A stretch of DNA of 64,000 nucleotides from Phycisphaerae bacterium (GTDB taxonomy: Bacteria; Planctomycetota; Phycisphaerae; UBA1845): positions 608,001-672,000 of the forward strand of contig CAXXGO010000001.1 of assembly GCA_963666835.2 (NCBI GenBank), in the 5' to 3' direction. This document shows, in pieces, positions 1 to 9,222 of this stretch (within the stretch, counting starts at the first letter, position 1; the number at the start of each line of letters is the position of its first letter). The notes under the pieces were generated by a model. It ran no database searches and had not been told where the DNA came from. It saw nothing but the letters and a program-made list of their open reading frames with translations. Position numbers and translations under genes: made by a program.

Positions 1-71
1 AGTTCTTTCGCAACTCGCCCTATTCCGTACAGGGCATCCGGGACGAGGTTGCCAGTCTCGCTGGTTGTCAT
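1..71 (-). CDS. 5' end of a MerR-type/excisionase-like HTH protein (runs off the window)
   Basis: Not in the ORF track. GGAGG RBS then ATG at 71 on the minus strand; reads MTTSETGNLVPDALYGIGRVAKEL, matching the 'Y-x-I-G-x-V-A' start of MerR-type HTHs. Confidence 0.55.
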   Translation of the reverse strand, partial: MTTSETGNLVPDALYGIGRVAKE

Positions 72-571
72 TCTTAGCCTCCCGCAACTGTTCGGTTTCT
101 CGCTTGCCGGTTCGCGTTTTTTCGGCGGTGCATCGCTCGGCAACCGTTCATTATACGAACTATCGATCATACACCGCGAATAACAGGGGTCTAATCCTAG
201 AAAGTGCACGAGCCTATGCCATGAGGTTGGGCTTTCTACCGGTTTTGAGCGTTTCCATGGCCTTCCAACGCACGATTCACTAATCCCCGCGTCAATTCCC
301 GGGAGGCCCTGTTCCGATTATGTAAGAATTGGCTTGCATAGGAGCGGTAAAACCTTGCAGCTACCCGGCTCGTGTGTCTCTTTGCCCATATTCGTCCTAT
401 AACTCATGCGAAATAATAGCCTGAGCCACTCATTCTCTTTGCCCTCGCACGTTTTGTATCCTACGCTCAATATGAGGCAGCGGCTCACTGGAGCAGGGCA
501 ACGTGTTTGACGTGCAACGACGCCTGGAGACGAGCCGCATCCAGGCTGCCGGTTAGCGAAGGAGAGGAAGG

Positions 572-799
572 ATGAGCAGGCGGGACAAGAGCAAGAAGAG
601 ACGCAACCGGCGACGGCGTGCAACCGGCAAGGGTGGGACTCAGCCAGGCAAGGACTCCCCCGCCTTCCGGGTGCGAATGTGTGAAGCCAAGATCCACAAT
701 ACGCACGGTGGACAGGTAATCAAGCACCTTGTGCCGCTGAGCGATCTTGCAAGATCGCAACGTCAATCGGTACGCGGGAGTCTTGCGGTACCAGATTGA
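572..799 (+). CDS. Small basic ORF, possibly the frameshifted N-terminus of the downstream AAA+ ATPase
   Basis: Strong purine-rich RBS (AAGGAGAGGAAGG) before ATG 572; overlaps the ATPase ORF in another frame. Confidence 0.4.
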   Translation: MSRRDKSKKRRNRRRRATGKGGTQPGKDSPAFRVRMCEAKIHNTHGGQVIKHLVPLSDLARSQRQSVRGSLAVPD

Positions 800-1685
800 T
801 GTAGCCGGCGCTGCAATGACCGCGAGCTTCGGCATCGAGCACCATCTTGTTCCGCGGGAAGATCCAACGTTCGTTTGGACGGAGCCCTGCCGGGACGTGG
901 CCGAGGCGGTCGAGCACAACGAACGCGTGTTCATCTACGGTCCGAGCGGCACAGGCAAGAGCTCGCTGGTTCGGCAAATCGGCGCGCTCACGCTACGACC
1001 GGTTCGGCGGGTCTCGCTCAACGGCGAGACCAGCGTGGGTGACTTCGTCGGACACTGGACTGTCAACGAAGAGAAGGAGACCGTCTTCGTCAAGGGCATT
1101 CTCCCTCAGGCGTTGGAACAGGGCCAGATCCTTCAGTTGGACGAAGTCGACGCCATGCAGCCGGAGGTGGGTTTCGTCCTTCAGCAGGTGCTCGAGCCCG
1201 GCGGGCATCTTTTGCTCACTGACACCGGCGAGGACATCGCACCGCATCCGGATTTCCGGCTGGTGGCTACAGCCAACACGTTGGGCTTCGGATCCGACTC
1301 GGGGCTCTATTCCAGTGGAACGCACGTGCTCAACTTCAGCTGGCTTGATCGCTGGGACGTGGTGGTCCACATGGATCATCTGCCGGCCAAGCGGGAAACT
1401 GAACTGCTGCGCGCCCGCCACCCCGGACTGAACAAGGACCTGATCAAGTGCATGGTCAAATCGGCCGGGGATCTGAGGAGGGCGCACGCCGAAGAGCAGC
1501 TAACCACGGTGCTGAGCACGCGACGTTTGCTGGCGCTCTGCGCTCGGCTGGATCGCGGAAACGACTTCGATCGGGCCCTTGCGGTTTGCGTGCTCAACAA
1601 GGTCCCGCCGGAGGACGTCAAGGTCATCCGCGAGACCTTTGATCATCACGTCGGCCCCCTGGCGCAAAAGGTCACCGCTTCTTAG
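747..1685 (+). CDS. MoxR/CbbQ/CobS-like AAA+ ATPase
   Basis: Walker A GPSGTGKS, Walker B LQLDEVD, HPDFRLVATAN sensor, LDRW arginine finger, C-terminal STRRL helix; start uncertain (TTG 747 or ATG 816, neither with a clear RBS). Confidence 0.9.
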   Translation: MQDRNVNRYAGVLRYQIDVAGAAMTASFGIEHHLVPREDPTFVWTEPCRDVAEAVEHNERVFIYGPSGTGKSSLVRQIGALTLRPVRRVSLNGETSVGDFVGHWTVNEEKETVFVKGILPQALEQGQILQLDEVDAMQPEVGFVLQQVLEPGGHLLLTDTGEDIAPHPDFRLVATANTLGFGSDSGLYSSGTHVLNFSWLDRWDVVVHMDHLPAKRETELLRARHPGLNKDLIKCMVKSAGDLRRAHAEEQLTTVLSTRRLLALCARLDRGNDFDRALAVCVLNKVPPEDVKVIRETFDHHVGPLAQKVTAS

Positions 1686-1712
1686 GCGCCAATCGAAGAG
1701 TCTGAATCACAG

Positions 1713-1756
1713 AGGGTTGCGCCCGCAATGGCGATGCGGCTGGCGCGGCCCTTTTT
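1713..1756 (+). terminator. Hairpin plus T-run between the ATPase and VWA genes
   Basis: AGGGTTGCGCC...GGCGCGGCCCT stem (with G-U pairs) followed by TTTTT. Confidence 0.45.
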
Positions 1757-1784
1757 CTATGCGCATCGCAAGGAGTTAGAGGAA

Positions 1785-3656
1785 ATGAACCTCAATCCCT
1801 TTGAAAGTCAGCTTGAGCGGCTGGCACGGACGTTGACTGATCAGTTCGGCGTTCGTGTGATTTGCCGCGGCGAGGAGGCCTGGACGGACGGGAAGCAGAT
1901 CGTCCTTCCGTCGCTTCCGGAACCGATGGACGCGGCACTAGATCGTATGGTCGTAGGTTTCTTGGATCATGAGATGGCCCATGTGGCGTTCTCGGATTTC
2001 GAGGCCGTGAAGCGATTTTCGCAGCGGCATCCTGGATACGAGGCCATGCTTAACGTGGTCGAGGATGCACTGATTGAACGACGCGCCATGGAACGCTGGC
2101 CCGGCGTACGTGCCAACCTGGATGCGATGTTTCGACAGATCCGCGATCGAATCGTGCGACTCGTCGGACAGCGCGACGCGTTCGGCAAGTTTTGCACAGC
2201 AGTATATTTGAAGTTCTCGCACCACCAAGACATGCTCGGTCTCGAGGACCTTGTCGCAGGCTACGACGACTTGTTCGCGTGGTTTCCAGCAATCCACGAC
2301 ACCGGTGGCGCCGCCGACCTGGCGGAGCAGATCCTCGATCGTTGGTTGAAGCAACAGCCGCCGGAGGAAGCAGGCGCACCGGGTTCGTCGGATAGCGACA
2401 ATCGTGAAACGTCCGGAACGGAGGATGGCGGAAGCGCAGGCCCGAGCGATTCCGGTGAATCAATCGATAGCAAGGCCGAGTCGTCAGCCGAAGTCGGAGC
2501 TCAGGAAGAGGCCGACGGCACGACGGGTGAATCGACCCGGGATGATTCCGATCCGAATAGCGATAACGCTTCGGAAGATGAGTCCGCGGTAATGGATGCG
2601 CTCGGCGCAGACGCGCCCGAATCGGGTGCGGCACAAGAAAATGACGTCGAATCGGTTGCTGGCGACGGAGGGCCACGCGAGGTCAACCACGGCAGTTTAA
2701 TCGGCGAGATCGTAGCCGAGGCAATCGCGGAGCATGTCGCTCAACTCAACACAAACTCCGAGTATCGCGCCTACACCAAGGAGCTGGATCGCATTCAGTC
2801 GATTGCTTTCGCCAGCGAGCATGAGGTGGCCACGTTACGGAACCATCATACAGATGTGATCCGCCGGCTGCGCCGAGGCCTCGCCAACGCGCTTCGGTCG
2901 CAGGAGAAACGTTGGTGGCGTGATGAGCAAGCCCGAGGGCAGTTATCACCCAAGACCTTGCACCGGCTCTGCATGGACAGGCCGCGCGTTGATGTGTTTC
3001 GAACGCGCGCTATGGTGCAGGGCCGCTCGACCGCTGTTTCGATATTGCTCGATGCATCGGGCAGCATGACCCGTAACAAGATGGAAGTCGCCCGTGACGC
3101 GCTGCGAGTCCTGCTGGAGGCACTTGCGGACTTGAAGGTCGCCACGGAGGCACTCACTTTCACGACGGGCCGGGACTTCGACTTGTTTAGGGTCGCACAA
3201 GAGACTGGCCAAGATCCGACCGAGATGCGCACCCGGTACAGCCGCTTCGCGAATCTGGAGATTGGCCTGGTCAAGCAGTTCAACGAGCCGGTCAAGACTG
3301 GCCTGCGCCGCTTGCCGACAATCAGCGGCACCGGCCTGACGCCACTTGGCGAAGGCATGCAAATAGCCGCACGCCGTCTGATTCAACGACCGGAGAGTCG
3401 GCGAATTCTCGTTGTGTTGACCGACGGCCGCGCCGGCTGCGAGGCCTGTGATGACGCCGCCGTTCGGCACGCACAGTTTGTGGCCGAGCAGGCGATCAAG
3501 ACCGGCATTGAGCTGGTTGGCGTAGGGATTATTGATGAAAGCTTGCGCGCGATCGTGGCGGACACGATTGTGGTTCATCGAATCGAAGAACTTCCGGCTG
3601 AGCTGTGCAAGCTGCTGAGCCGGACGCTTATGAAGGGACTTCGCCATGTTGGATGA
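1785..3656 (+). CDS. CobT-like protein: N-terminal HExxH metallopeptidase-like domain, acidic linker, C-terminal VWA domain
   Basis: RBS AAGGAG/GAGG before ATG 1785; DHEMAH and NVVED; long D/E/S/G-rich linker; MIDAS motif DASGS...TPL...LTDG. Confidence 0.9.
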   Translation: MNLNPFESQLERLARTLTDQFGVRVICRGEEAWTDGKQIVLPSLPEPMDAALDRMVVGFLDHEMAHVAFSDFEAVKRFSQRHPGYEAMLNVVEDALIERRAMERWPGVRANLDAMFRQIRDRIVRLVGQRDAFGKFCTAVYLKFSHHQDMLGLEDLVAGYDDLFAWFPAIHDTGGAADLAEQILDRWLKQQPPEEAGAPGSSDSDNRETSGTEDGGSAGPSDSGESIDSKAESSAEVGAQEEADGTTGESTRDDSDPNSDNASEDESAVMDALGADAPESGAAQENDVESVAGDGGPREVNHGSLIGEIVAEAIAEHVAQLNTNSEYRAYTKELDRIQSIAFASEHEVATLRNHHTDVIRRLRRGLANALRSQEKRWWRDEQARGQLSPKTLHRLCMDRPRVDVFRTRAMVQGRSTAVSILLDASGSMTRNKMEVARDALRVLLEALADLKVATEALTFTTGRDFDLFRVAQETGQDPTEMRTRYSRFANLEIGLVKQFNEPVKTGLRRLPTISGTGLTPLGEGMQIAARRLIQRPESRRILVVLTDGRAGCEACDDAAVRHAQFVAEQAIKTGIELVGVGIIDESLRAIVADTIVVHRIEELPAELCKLLSRTLMKGLRHVG

Positions 3657-4161
3657 ACGGACGAAGCTAATGTTGGATGTCGCGAACGAACTGACAGCGG
3701 CCGACATAGAGTTCTTGAGGGCTGGCGTGCTCGCACAGTCACCGCCTCGTGCGATTCCCCGATCTACTACGGAGAGGCAAGCACGCGGTCAGGCTGCGAG
3801 TACCTCGAGGCAGACGTCCTCGATTATGTCCGCAGGTGAGTATGAACGGGGCCGTACTCGCGAGTCCAAGATCTCCACGGCCTGTGTAGGCACCGAGCGT
3901 GTTAAGCACGCCTGGTGGTCAGTCGGGACGGAGCTGGTGGGCAGAATTGGAAATGAGGAATTCACGGCGAGAGTCGTTGAGAATTCGCAGGTCAAGAGTG
4001 GACGAAGCATCCTGCTCACGTCCGGCGTAGCGAACGGACGGTTGTGTATAACACCGACGCGCGCCGCGCTCGAAGCGACGGAAGCCTATCGACAGGCCAA
4101 TAGCTTAGGTCGCGGCGGCGGCGTCACCAACGGATGGCTGTTCTGGCAGCCGAGGGCCTGA
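3646..4161 (+). CDS. RAMA/DUF4357-like putative DNA-binding protein
   Basis: Start overlaps the VWA gene end; C-terminal half GTELV..FTARV...TPTRAA...NGWLFW resembles the RAMA/DUF4357 signature. Confidence 0.55.
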   Translation: MLDERTKLMLDVANELTAADIEFLRAGVLAQSPPRAIPRSTTERQARGQAASTSRQTSSIMSAGEYERGRTRESKISTACVGTERVKHAWWSVGTELVGRIGNEEFTARVVENSQVKSGRSILLTSGVANGRLCITPTRAALEATEAYRQANSLGRGGGVTNGWLFWQPRA

Positions 4162-4225
4162 CACACGGAGAGAAGCACACGCTGCGCTGCGGAGCGTGTG
4201 CTTCCGGCAAAACAAGGTGAGAATC

Positions 4226-4438
4226 ATGAAGAATCAAGCAATAGAAGCAATCCGGATTGTGGTCTACGTAGACGGCGGGATCGTTCAGGATGTATTGAGC
4301 GACACCGCAGGCGTGGAAGTGATGATCGTGGACTACGATGACGAGCGCGCAGGTGATCCGAAGTCATCGCGCTCATTTGAGCCGGTAACGGTGGACGCAT
4401 CGATGATCAAGCGGACGGCCAAAGGCATGGAGGACTGA
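4226..4438 (+). CDS. Small acidic hypothetical protein of phage/MGE type
   Basis: AAGGTGA RBS; IVVYVDGGIVQDVLSD..VEVMIVDYD beta-rich pattern. Confidence 0.65.
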   Translation: MKNQAIEAIRIVVYVDGGIVQDVLSDTAGVEVMIVDYDDERAGDPKSSRSFEPVTVDASMIKRTAKGMED

Positions 4439-4643
4439 CCCAAATACCCGCTCGCCGTACACCGTTTCTTCTTCCTTTCTTTCTTCGCGGTCGGGCTTTC
4501 TGGCCGCGATTCCTCCCCGGAGCTAGCGTCAGCTCTGTCCACCTATTCGCGCTAGACACGAGAAAAAGTGAGTTGCTCACTTGCGCGGGCGCCTTTCGTG
4601 CGCTATGCTCTGGATGGAATCCATCAGTTAAGGAGTGTGTGCG

Positions 4644-4919
4644 ATGAATATGGCGATTCGCAAAATAGGAGTCGCGGGGTTTGTTCTGGGTGTTCTGGCG
4701 ATGGCAAACTTCGCCGTGATCGCTCATTGGCTTGAAGAGATCGGCATCATTCCATGGGCACAGTGCATCCGCGAAGAGTATCTTCCGGGCCCGACCCTTA
4801 CTGTCGTCGCTGTGATGCTGATCCTGTTGCCGTCAGGCGCGGCCGTCGCGCTTCATGTTCGGCGGTGCCGGGTGTGTAGCTGTCTGATGCTGAGGCGTGG
4901 GCGGTACTGCTGCGAATGA
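4644..4919 (+). CDS. Small membrane protein with two TM segments and a C-terminal (possibly truncated) zinc ribbon
   Basis: AAGGAG RBS; two hydrophobic stretches; ends CRVC...YCCE*. Confidence 0.6.
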   Translation: MNMAIRKIGVAGFVLGVLAMANFAVIAHWLEEIGIIPWAQCIREEYLPGPTLTVVAVMLILLPSGAAVALHVRRCRVCSCLMLRRGRYCCE

Positions 4920-5003
4920 CCTTACGTTCACGCAGCGGCCGAAGCTGAATGATGGGAATGTCGCGTGCCTCTGATTCATCCATCGTAACCGTCCTTCCAC
5001 CCG

Positions 5004-5900
5004 TTACTTGGACATCGCGCCGTCGTAGGTGCCGGCCAACTCCGGCCGATCGGCGAGTCCCTCGGCCCGAAGCAGTTCCAACAAGGTCGTGTCGTTCCAC
5101 AGCTCGGCGAGTCCGTCGAGCAGCGCAAACAGGCGCGTTTCCTTCTCCTGTGCTTCACGCACATAGGACTCTTTCGTTTGCGTCGCCTGGGCGATGTCAC
5201 TCTTCAGTGTGTTCACCGTGTAGCTCTTGGCTCGATCGCGACCGTTCTTGCGATTACGCGGATCCATCCGCGACCTGATGATCGCTCGGGCCTTGGAAAA
5301 GTTTTCGCAGTTGACAATCCCACGGTCGAACGCGTCCATCAGAACGTTCTGAATCGCCCCATCCTCGGTGCTTGCAACCAGCACGGCGAACGATATTGGA
5401 AACACCCCCTGCTCTACGCCTTGGATGAGTCGCTCCTCGCCTTTCTCGACCAGCTCTATGTAGTGCCTAACGTACTCGAGACTCCGACAAGCAACCGGTG
5501 CGATCTGCTCATACGTCCAGCCTTCGTCACGCAGGCTCTTGAGCTCCCGAGCAAACTCCATTGTCCCGGGTCGGCTGCGGGCCAGGTTCTCCACCAACGA
5601 CTCAAGATAAGCCTGCTTACGGGTGCATGTAACAACCTCAGCACGAATGTGCGTTTGGCCGAGCCTCTTCTGGGCAATCAGCCGGCCTTCGCCGCAGATC
5701 AGCTCGTATAGGCCGCTCCTGGCAAGGAACTTGTCGTTGACCCGGATGTCCTTGAGTTGGCCGTTCGTCTCGATGCTCTGAACATTGAGGGTGAACTGCT
5801 GTTCGTCGCGGTTGCGCGAGTTGATCACCTTGATCTTGTCGACGGGGATCATCTCTCTGCGGCGGTCCTTCATCAGCAGAATCGGTGCAGTATCCATCAT
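5004..5900 (-). CDS. ParB N-terminal domain/RepB-like protein
   Basis: IPVDKI, YELICGEGRLIA (ParB box), SLVENLAR; ATGA overlap with the recombinase stop. Confidence 0.85.
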   Translation of the reverse strand: MMDTAPILLMKDRRREMIPVDKIKVINSRNRDEQQFTLNVQSIETNGQLKDIRVNDKFLARSGLYELICGEGRLIAQKRLGQTHIRAEVVTCTRKQAYLESLVENLARSRPGTMEFARELKSLRDEGWTYEQIAPVACRSLEYVRHYIELVEKGEERLIQGVEQGVFPISFAVLVASTEDGAIQNVLMDAFDRGIVNCENFSKARAIIRSRMDPRNRKNGRDRAKSYTVNTLKSDIAQATQTKESYVREAQEKETRLFALLDGLAELWNDTTLLELLRAEGLADRPELAGTYDGAMSK

Positions 5901-7609
5901 GACCTCGCAAGCTGGAAAATCATGTCCAAGCCGCGGTGACCGTAGAGGTCGATTCGCGACTCCGACGTACCGAACAACCGGATTCCGCGATCCGCGACCA
6001 GCAAACGCGGAAGGGCCAGATATCCAAGGATCTGCGGACCCCGTGGACCGGAAACCGGCACGCCCAGCGTGATGTCGACGACGCCGCGCATGTCGGGCCG
6101 AAAGTACCAGTACTGGTTGTAGCCGTACGGAACGGGAACGGAGGGTTGGATCAGAACCGTGAACCTGCCGTTGAGCACGAGGAAGTCTTCGTAATTCTCG
6201 ACCTCCTCGACAAGCTTCCGCAGTTGAGATTCAACCTCTTGGGTCACCTGCCGTAGCGCGAATTGGAACACTTGCTGGTAGGCGGCATCCAGGGAGGCGA
6301 AGTGCTTGGCGTACGTGGATGGCGAAGGCGCTTCCGCGTCGGCTCGCAAAAGCGCGGGCCGGAAGAAGTTATGCGCATCCAGCACGCGGCGCAACTGCTC
6401 CAGCATAAACTCCGGCGTATACTTGAGCGCCGCTTGAGTCAGAATGCGCTGCGCCTCATCGAAAAGAGCTCGATCCACGAGCGGGTCAAAAGCACCAGCT
6501 GTTTTGATCCACTCCTCCCTTGGGTTGTACCGCGTGGGCGTCTTCAGTTTCTGCGTTGTCCTGTTATAGACGAGCGTGCCGACGTACAACTCGTTGAGCA
6601 GGATGCGACGTACCTTCGAACGATCCCATGTGCCCCCACCCGGCGAACTGATGCCGTCGCGGTTGAGAGCCTCTGCGATCTCTTGCATGCTACGGAGTGT
6701 CTCGGTGAACTCGCGGAAGATGCGCTGTATGGTTGCGACCTGAAGTTCGTCTCCCGGCGCCAAGGTCACACGCTGGTTCTGGATGCTCTTCCTCTGTCCG
6801 GGGGCCAACGCCTGGACAGGCCTCCGGGCCTCGTCGAGCAGGAGCCGTTGCAGGCCGTACGGAGGCTTTCCGCCGGCCCAGTAGCCTTGCTGGGAGATCT
6901 TCACGCATCCACGGAAGACCTTATCACTCAGTTCCTTGCTGTACTGCGCGGCGCGGAAGCGTTCAAACTGGACGTACACCTGGTAAAGCTGATCGCCGGG
7001 CTTGGGCTTGCCGAGCGTGGTGTAGATCACCTGTTTGCCGTAGCGCTTGCACTCGGCACTGTAAGTCGCCGACAGGTCGATGTCCTGGAATCGACCCCAT
7101 CGGCTGACATCCAGGCAAAGAACGAAGTCAAAGTCATTGCGTCCCTTGACCCAGTCTTCCATCATGTTGTTGAAGCCATCCCTGCCCTCGGCGGTAAGCC
7201 CTGATTTACCGCGATCGGCGAACTCATGGATGATGTCGACGCCGTTCTCACGAGCCCATTGCTGAACTTGCTCCTGCTGTATGGCGACGGAGTTCTCCTG
7301 TCGGTCCTGTGCCGAGTGGCGGTAGTACGCAACCGCCCGAAACTCCGGCGTTGCGGGCTCGGTCGAGGGACTGCCTCGTACCCACCACTGATGTTGCTTT
7401 TCCTCTGATTGCCCGGGCAATTCTGCCTCGCTCGTTTCTGGTCCTAGTGTCACAACTTTGACTCTCACCTGTGCCAGGGCGTCACCCTGCACGAGTGTGA
7501 TCGCTGTCACGTCGTTGGTATCCGACCCCGCTTGGCCGCAGCGGCAACGCAAAGGCGAACACGTCGGCAACTCGATCCAACCCGGGCAGCGTACAGCATG
7601 ACCGTGCAA
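5897..7609 (-). CDS. Large serine recombinase (resolvase plus recombinase domains)
   Basis: AVAYYRHSAQDRQENS catalytic motif, DRGKSG, DVSRWGR, GGKPPYG, IAEALNRDG, ILLNELYVG; true start probably downstream of 7609. Confidence 0.92.
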   Translation of the reverse strand: MHGHAVRCPGWIELPTCSPLRCRCGQAGSDTNDVTAITLVQGDALAQVRVKVVTLGPETSEAELPGQSEEKQHQWWVRGSPSTEPATPEFRAVAYYRHSAQDRQENSVAIQQEQVQQWARENGVDIIHEFADRGKSGLTAEGRDGFNNMMEDWVKGRNDFDFVLCLDVSRWGRFQDIDLSATYSAECKRYGKQVIYTTLGKPKPGDQLYQVYVQFERFRAAQYSKELSDKVFRGCVKISQQGYWAGGKPPYGLQRLLLDEARRPVQALAPGQRKSIQNQRVTLAPGDELQVATIQRIFREFTETLRSMQEIAEALNRDGISSPGGGTWDRSKVRRILLNELYVGTLVYNRTTQKLKTPTRYNPREEWIKTAGAFDPLVDRALFDEAQRILTQAALKYTPEFMLEQLRRVLDAHNFFRPALLRADAEAPSPSTYAKHFASLDAAYQQVFQFALRQVTQEVESQLRKLVEEVENYEDFLVLNGRFTVLIQPSVPVPYGYNQYWYFRPDMRGVVDITLGVPVSGPRGPQILGYLALPRLLVADRGIRLFGTSESRIDLYGHRGLDMIFQLARS

Positions 7610-7645
7610 ATCCAGGGTGCATCTACGTGCAATTTTCGTGCAAAA
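7603..7645. repeat. Four GTGCA direct repeats at 10-13 bp spacing
   Basis: GTGCA at 7604, 7617, 7627 and 7638, between the wHTH stop and the recombinase 5' region. Confidence 0.6.
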
Positions 7646-8125
7646 TTACGGTAGGTTACCGTCGAGAATCAGACCGTAGCGACCACCGGTGCCGTGTATC
7701 GCAGCCGCAAGGTCCTTCATTCCGGCACTGCTCAAACGTTGCCGGAGGTGCCGTACCGCACTCCGAATCGTCTCGGGTGACTTGATGCCACCCTCCCAAA
7801 CGTCGCGCAGTAGCTGGTCCGCCGTGATATACTGATTGGGATGGCGCGCCAGGCGCTCGGCCAGTCGGAACAGGACTGTGCGGCGTAGCAGGCAAGTTTT
7901 CCCCGCCCAGAGCACCGAGAATGTCGAGCTATCGACCAAGGGGCGCCGGCGTGCAGGATTGCGCGGCTTCGTATTCTGCGATTCTCCCCCGGAAACGGGA
8001 TTACGGCCGTCGAATTCGATCAGGAGAATGGAACGAATGTCGTCGGCACAGATCGCGGCGGCCATGAGCGCCTCTGAGAGTCGCTCCGTGAGGTTCACAA
8101 GTCGCTTGGCTTGTTCTAGGATCAT
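7646..8125 (-). CDS. OmpR/PhoB-type winged-helix DNA-binding protein without a receiver domain
   Basis: GGTGGAG RBS before ATG 8125; LARHPNQYIT..QLLRDVW...IRSAVRHLRQRL...GGRYGL. Confidence 0.75.
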   Translation of the reverse strand: MILEQAKRLVNLTERLSEALMAAAICADDIRSILLIEFDGRNPVSGGESQNTKPRNPARRRPLVDSSTFSVLWAGKTCLLRRTVLFRLAERLARHPNQYITADQLLRDVWEGGIKSPETIRSAVRHLRQRLSSAGMKDLAAAIHGTGGRYGLILDGNLP

Positions 8126-8671
8126 GACGGTCTCCACCTGTCGGCCGCAGATGGCGGGACCACCATGCCTGAACTGGCCCGGCGGGTTCAGGTGCGTCAC
8201 GTTATGCGGGGGTCTACCCCGTTGGGCCTTCAAGACAAGGGCCACGGGTTCGTTAGAGCGGGGCACGGGGCGGCGCATGGCCTTTCCAGTCGGCCCGGAA
8301 GTTGTGGCTGGGCGTATGTGCGGTGCGGACGTGGATGATCGGATGGTCTCCCAAACAAGAGGAGCGCCGAACCAAGGCCACTCCCGAACCCCCGCCAAGG
8401 GGCCACGATGTAGCACATGGCCGACGCTCCCTTTCGGGAGCGCGGCGTCAGTGCTGCCATCGTGTTGCACGGGTCAGGGACCCGCGTTGGCGGTATTTCG
8501 GGAGACAGCCGGACGCTCACGCGTCTTTCGAGTTTTCCATGCGGCGGTTCAGCGCCGCGATTCGCTCAACTCCTTTCACCGGCCTAAACCACCGGCTGCC
8601 TGGCAGGGTACCGAGTCTCGCATGGAACGCCAACCAGCTGAGCCCGGCCTTTCCGCCGCCGGCTCAGCCTC

Positions 8672-9178
8672 TCAGCCTTCGACCCCGCGACGTCCCCGCC
8701 GCTGGGCGGTCTCATCGTCCACATGCTCCTGCCACCCGCAACACGCGCCATCGCGAACGTCAAAGCGCGTGACGTACGGCTTAATGTCCAACAGCGGCGT
8801 CCCGTCGAGAACGTCAACATCCTCCAAGTGCAGAATCGGCCCTTCTCGGCGCACTAGGCGAACCAGGCTCATGCCAATCGGGTTCGGTCGGCACGGCGCG
8901 CGCGTAGCGAAGACGCCGCGCGACACGTCGTCAAGAAACGGCTTGACGGTCAGGCACGGCTCGCCGGCCCGGTGGAACACATAGATGAGCCACAGATGGG
9001 AGAAGCCCTCCAGATCGACCAGCCCCTGCTCGTACTCATGTTGCAGTTCTGCCGTCCCGCGGGCATTCGCGGCGAATACCGGCTGAATGGGCGTATCCTC
9101 GGCCACCGTGTGTGGGCTCCGAATGACACCAATCGGATGGAGTGTGATCGGGGTCAGCGATGCGTTGCCCGTCTGCAT
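8672..9178 (-). CDS. tsaA: tRNA (N6-threonylcarbamoyladenosine37-N6)-methyltransferase TrmO/YaeB family
   Basis: PIGVIRSP, GLVDLEGFSH, GVFATRAPCRPNPIG, DGTPLLDIKPY; GGAGG RBS before ATG 9178. Confidence 0.92.
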   Translation of the reverse strand: MQTGNASLTPITLHPIGVIRSPHTVAEDTPIQPVFAANARGTAELQHEYEQGLVDLEGFSHLWLIYVFHRAGEPCLTVKPFLDDVSRGVFATRAPCRPNPIGMSLVRLVRREGPILHLEDVDVLDGTPLLDIKPYVTRFDVRDGACCGWQEHVDDETAQRRGRRGVEG

Positions 9179-9222
9179 GGTCTGCCTCCCCGGCGCAAGG
9201 CTGTAAGTGGCCAAGCACTTTA

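Noticed and set aside
747..3656. Cobalamin cobaltochelatase cobS/cobT
   Set aside because: No cobN or other cob genes in the window, and the context is a mobile element
4917..4919. Selenocysteine read-through of the TGA in CCE*
   Set aside because: No recognisable SECIS hairpin and no precedent I can support
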